A DNA stretch of 63,996 nt, the filler included, from Basidiobolus ranarum (lineage: Eukaryota): the NCBI GenBank assembly GCA_040143965.1. It is 15 parts of 15 records of this genome, joined end to end, with 100 filler letters (N's around TTAATTAATTAA, not from the genome) between each part and the next. Parts side by side here need not be neighbours in the genome. Positions count along the whole stretch, not along the records: positions 59,953 to 63,996 come from JASJQH010002140.1; 14 more parts are not named here. One strand, written 5' to 3'. The translations under genes and the position numbers were made by a program. Every line of letters begins with the position of its first letter. Position 1 is the first letter of the stretch. Below, one piece after another: positions 60,231 through 63,996 of this stretch. The notes beneath the pieces were generated by a model, which had not been told where the DNA came from, searched no databases, and saw only the letters and a list, made by a program, of their open reading frames with translations.

Positions 60231-62385
60231 GTAATATTATGTTCTTTTTGAGAGCTTAAGAAGACCAATATAAAATCAATGTAGATTACAACAAATTGGT
60301 TAAGGTAATCTTTAAAGATATCATTTGTCATGTGCTGAAAGACTGCAGGGGCATTGGTAAGTCTAAATGGCCTGACATTTTATTTAAAGTGTCCATAGCA
60401 AGTTCAAAATGCAGTTTTCCATTGGTCTCATGGTTTGTTTCTTACAAGATTGAAAGTACCTCTTAAATCAATCTATGTAAATACCTTTGCTGAAGCAAGC
60501 TGATTTAAGAGTGAGTTGAGTAATGGGAAGGGGTACCAATTTTTGACTGTGATGCTATTTAGGCCTTTATAAGCAACACAGAGATGGAGGCAACCATCCT
60601 TTTTCTTATTGAATAGTATTGGAGATCCTGCTGGGGACTTTAAATGTTTGATAAATGTTTCTCTAGATTTTCTGCTCTGTACTCCTTCACAACATTGAGT
60701 TTTGGCCAAGTCAGCCCATAGATAGGCCTAAATAGTGTTTATTTTCCTTCTTGTAGATCTATAGGGCAATCATATGGGTGGTGAGCTGGGAGTATATCAG
60801 AATTCTTCTTGTCAAAGATATCAGCAAAGGTTAAGTATTTTGGTGGGAGCTTATGAACCATAGGTTTTGTTGGTTTCAGCTCCTCAGCAAGACTGTCAAT
60901 GGATATTGGCTTCATGGATTTTTTGGATGTTTTGGCCAATGATAAGTTCAATACTTTTCCGGTTGGCAAACATGGACTTGGAGGTGGAATTTGCTTGAAC
61001 ATGCTAATCCTCATCTTCCAGTTGATCACTGGGTTGTGCTGCATGAGCCATGAGATTCCAAGGTTGACAGGGTGGTGAGGTGAAGAAATGACATTCAAGG
61101 CTATTTCTTCTCTATGAGCAGTGGACATGCATGTCATCAAGGTTGTCCCATATGTGTAACAGCACCAGATGATAGCAGCCTTCCATAAATTACTTCTACA
61201 AGGACCGGACTAGATTTCTTGATTGGTGGGTCAGTATGAGATTTGACAAAGGCAGAGTCAATAAAACTGGAGGAAGCACCTGAATTGAGAAGGTCAATTG
61301 TTTTTATTGACTAGAAATTTGGTATCTGAAGTGTAATGGGCAGCTTTTAGAATTGGTATGACTGCAGAGATTGCAAAGTATGGTGAACAAACATTTTTGA
61401 AAATGGTTGGTGCAACTGCATTCCCATTATTGCAGCCAGATATTGAAGTTTTCCAAGGGTTGGGAGGAGTTCTCTTCTACTTTCATATTGTTGATTTTAA
61501 ATCCAGGATTCTTTTTTGGATATGTTCATGGCTCATGTCCAGGAGCTCCACATTAGAGGCATAGATTCTTTTGTTGCAATTCATACTTCTCCACAGGCCT
61601 AAGCTTTCTGATTCAAGTTCCATCAATTTGCTTTGGGTCATATGCTTGAGCTGTATTTTGTGCTTGATGCAAGGGAGGTCTGAAAGTAGATGAGGAAGGA
61701 GAGAAGAAGAGGGCCATATTTGTTTGTTCTTGTGTTTCTGGCAACCAGTTGTCACATTTAACCGCCTGATGGATAGCATCAGTCTAGGTCACTGGGTCTG
61801 CCATAGTGAATAAAAGATACTTAGTATTTTCTTTAATTCCATATTGGAATTGGTTGATTAGGATAGATTCTCCCCAATTGTGATCACAGACAAAAAGGCA
61901 GAGTTCTGCAGCACAAGTTGATGCAGGCTTTTATCCTTGTTTAATTACATGGAGCTTGGTGGAAGTTCTTTCCTTAGCTGCATTTCCAAATGTGGCTTCC
62001 AGCTCAGCAAGAAAAGCAAGAAAGTTCAAAAGAAGTGGAGATTGACTTTCTATCAAAGGAGCAAACCAAGATAGAGCTATTCCTGATAATAGTGCTCCCA
62101 CTGAGCCTACTTTTGTTTAGTTGGAGTGGTAGTAATGTGGATGTAACTGCATGATGAGCTTTACTTGGTTAATAAAACCACAATAGTTTAGGCATATGCC
62201 ATCAAACCTATTTTGTAAAGAGGTCCTGGGTTCAGGAGTTGGATTTGCAGGACATTTGGGTGGAGCTGGATTGTGTACTTGAGCAAGAGAAGTGCAAAGT
62301 TCTTGATGTTCTTCCCAAAGCTGAGTAAGAGCTTGCATGATATCTTCCATGTTGGGGGCTGGTGTAGACTTAATATTTACTATGT
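60231..62385 (-). mobile_element. Decayed Ty3/gypsy retrotransposon (gag, protease, RT)
   Basis: gag PEPRTSLQNRFDG...GFINQVKL, protease [54 protein letters not shown]...[16 protein letters not shown]...VVIYIDFIL. Confidence 0.93.
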
Positions 62386-62619
62386 TGAGGCGGGAGTTTG
62401 AAAACAACAAGCTTCTCCAAGAACAATGATCACTATGGAATGTCCAACTTTCTGTTGAAGCAATGATTGACACCTTGACAAAAGAATATTCTGGTATCAA
62501 TGTCCTTTGATCTTGAACAAGTACTAAAGCTTCTTTGATCAAAAACAACTGTAAACTCCACTAGTAGTGTCTTGACAAGGATGCACTTGAAGCAGTTATC
62601 CAAAGGTGGAAGGAATCTT

Positions 62620-63680
62620 TGCCTTAGCTTGATACCATTCATCACAACTGGTCCTAAACCATCAGTGCTTATAGATAGACTCTTGGAGCCTTTGATTGGG
62701 GAATTTGAATGGTTATTTAATAGGAATCAGATGGACAAATATTTTTTTAAAGCTAATATCATTGTATATATTGGTGACACTTCTGCCATCAGTAAACTTG
62801 GTGGCTTTTGTGGGCACAATGCACTATCTTGCTGTAGATTCTGTCAAATTAATGGAGCTAACTCTGTTAGGCATATGTATTATAACTATCCAAGTACAAA
62901 ATTAAATGCTATGATTTTACTATCAAGCTTTGTTCAGATTTCAACATACTTGCTGATATGAATTCACCAAATAGTCATCTACTATCAAACTTGGTATTAG
63001 CTGTAGGCATAAGAATATATTGCCAAAGGTGATCTGCTGGAGCCAGGGCTTTCCATTACCCACTATGCACTTACTATTCAACAACATTCCAATACTACTA
63101 ACTCAGCTATATAGTAGAAAATTCAAAATGAATGCACCAATTGGGATAGAATCAAACTTTGAATTGATTGGGAGAATGCTTGAAAACAGCAAGACACCAT
63201 CATACTCTACCAGGACTCTGATGAATATGCACTCATCTAGGCATTTATTCAAATGCAATGACTGGCAGTTTCATATATAGATATATTCAAGTGGAATCTT
63301 GAAGAGATTTCTGCCTAATGAATATTGTCAATGTTAAGAGTTGTTTGTGGATACTGTTAATATATTCTTATAGCTTCAACTCACATTGGCTGATCTCAGC
63401 CAGATATATTGGCAGGACAAAGATTTTGTAATTGGATATGAAAAACTTTATTAAGGGTTTAAAACAGATAGACTGAATCTATGCTGGTATACAATGCATT
63501 TCTTGCTGCATCTTTTACAATGCTTAGAGATTAAAGGCCCTTGCTTTACATTCTGCAAATTCCCAATGTGGTGCACCTTTGGTGAAATGATGCTCTTTGC
63601 AAAATTGTAAGTAATACCATATGCTGATCTGATTAACAATGTATCAGCAAAATCAGTGATGGATATAATGCAATGGGTTA
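62620..63680 (+). mobile_element. CACTA/EnSpm Tnp2-family transposase pseudogene
   Basis: GPKPSVLIDRLLEPLIGEF...IGDTSAISKLGGFCGHNALSCCRFC, TMHLLFNN, LLHL..CLEIKGPC..F.KFP. Confidence 0.88.
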
Positions 63681-63996
63681 CCCTAACAAAAATAAAATCA
63701 ATTTGATCCGGATCGGATCCACCCTCCAAAATAGCAAAACCGTCAGAAAATCATCACAATATTGTTGGCTTGCATTCTGCCAGGGATTTTGATGATGTGA
63801 CAGCGGTTTCTTGATGGTATCTTGGCAGTATTCATACATGTTAAAATATTGATCCTCATATTTGGCATGCGCTATTCAATATCCAGCAATTTTTTCAAAA
63901 ATATAATTTTTGAATGGCAAATTACTGAGTTTACTGCTATAGGAATTCGAATCAATATGCATGCCTTTATTTAGATATTTTAGGCTTTGTATTCCA
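63681..63996 (+). mobile_element. Left end of CCCTA-terminated DNA transposon, inserted into the Tnp2 gene
   Basis: Begins CCCTAACAAAAAT and has subterminal AAAACCGTCA-like motifs. Homologous to 37011 and 39846. Confidence 0.7.

Overview
This is eukaryotic, almost certainly fungal DNA, probably from an early-diverging (zoosporic or zygomycete-grade) lineage. The evidence is short GT-AG introns with CTAAC branch points, fungal-type genes, an Rrm4-like gene and a degenerate 18S fragment. The window is not one locus. It holds 15 contigs of about 4.2 kb, sorted by decreasing length and joined by an artificial 100-nt linker (44 N + TTAATTAATTAA + 44 N), so adjacency across linkers carries no biological meaning. 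Roughly half the sequence is decayed, strongly CpG-depleted transposon mosaic: Ty1/copia with several LTR families, Ty3/gypsy, and CACTA/EnSpm Tnp2-type DNA transposons. Host genes are a secreted Gly/Tyr/His-rich repeat protein interrupted by one in-frame TAG, a PH-domain protein, glyoxalase II, RPS17, a NIMA/NEK2 kinase, a mitochondrial-type thioredoxin, a Cys-rich/TM/SH3 receptor-like protein, prohibitin-1 and an Rrm4-like triple-RRM protein. There is also a >1,140-aa intronless repeat protein that I do not recognise, with about 11 copies of a two-Cys module; it is the best candidate for something undescribed. I see no CRISPR array or prokaryote-type defence system.
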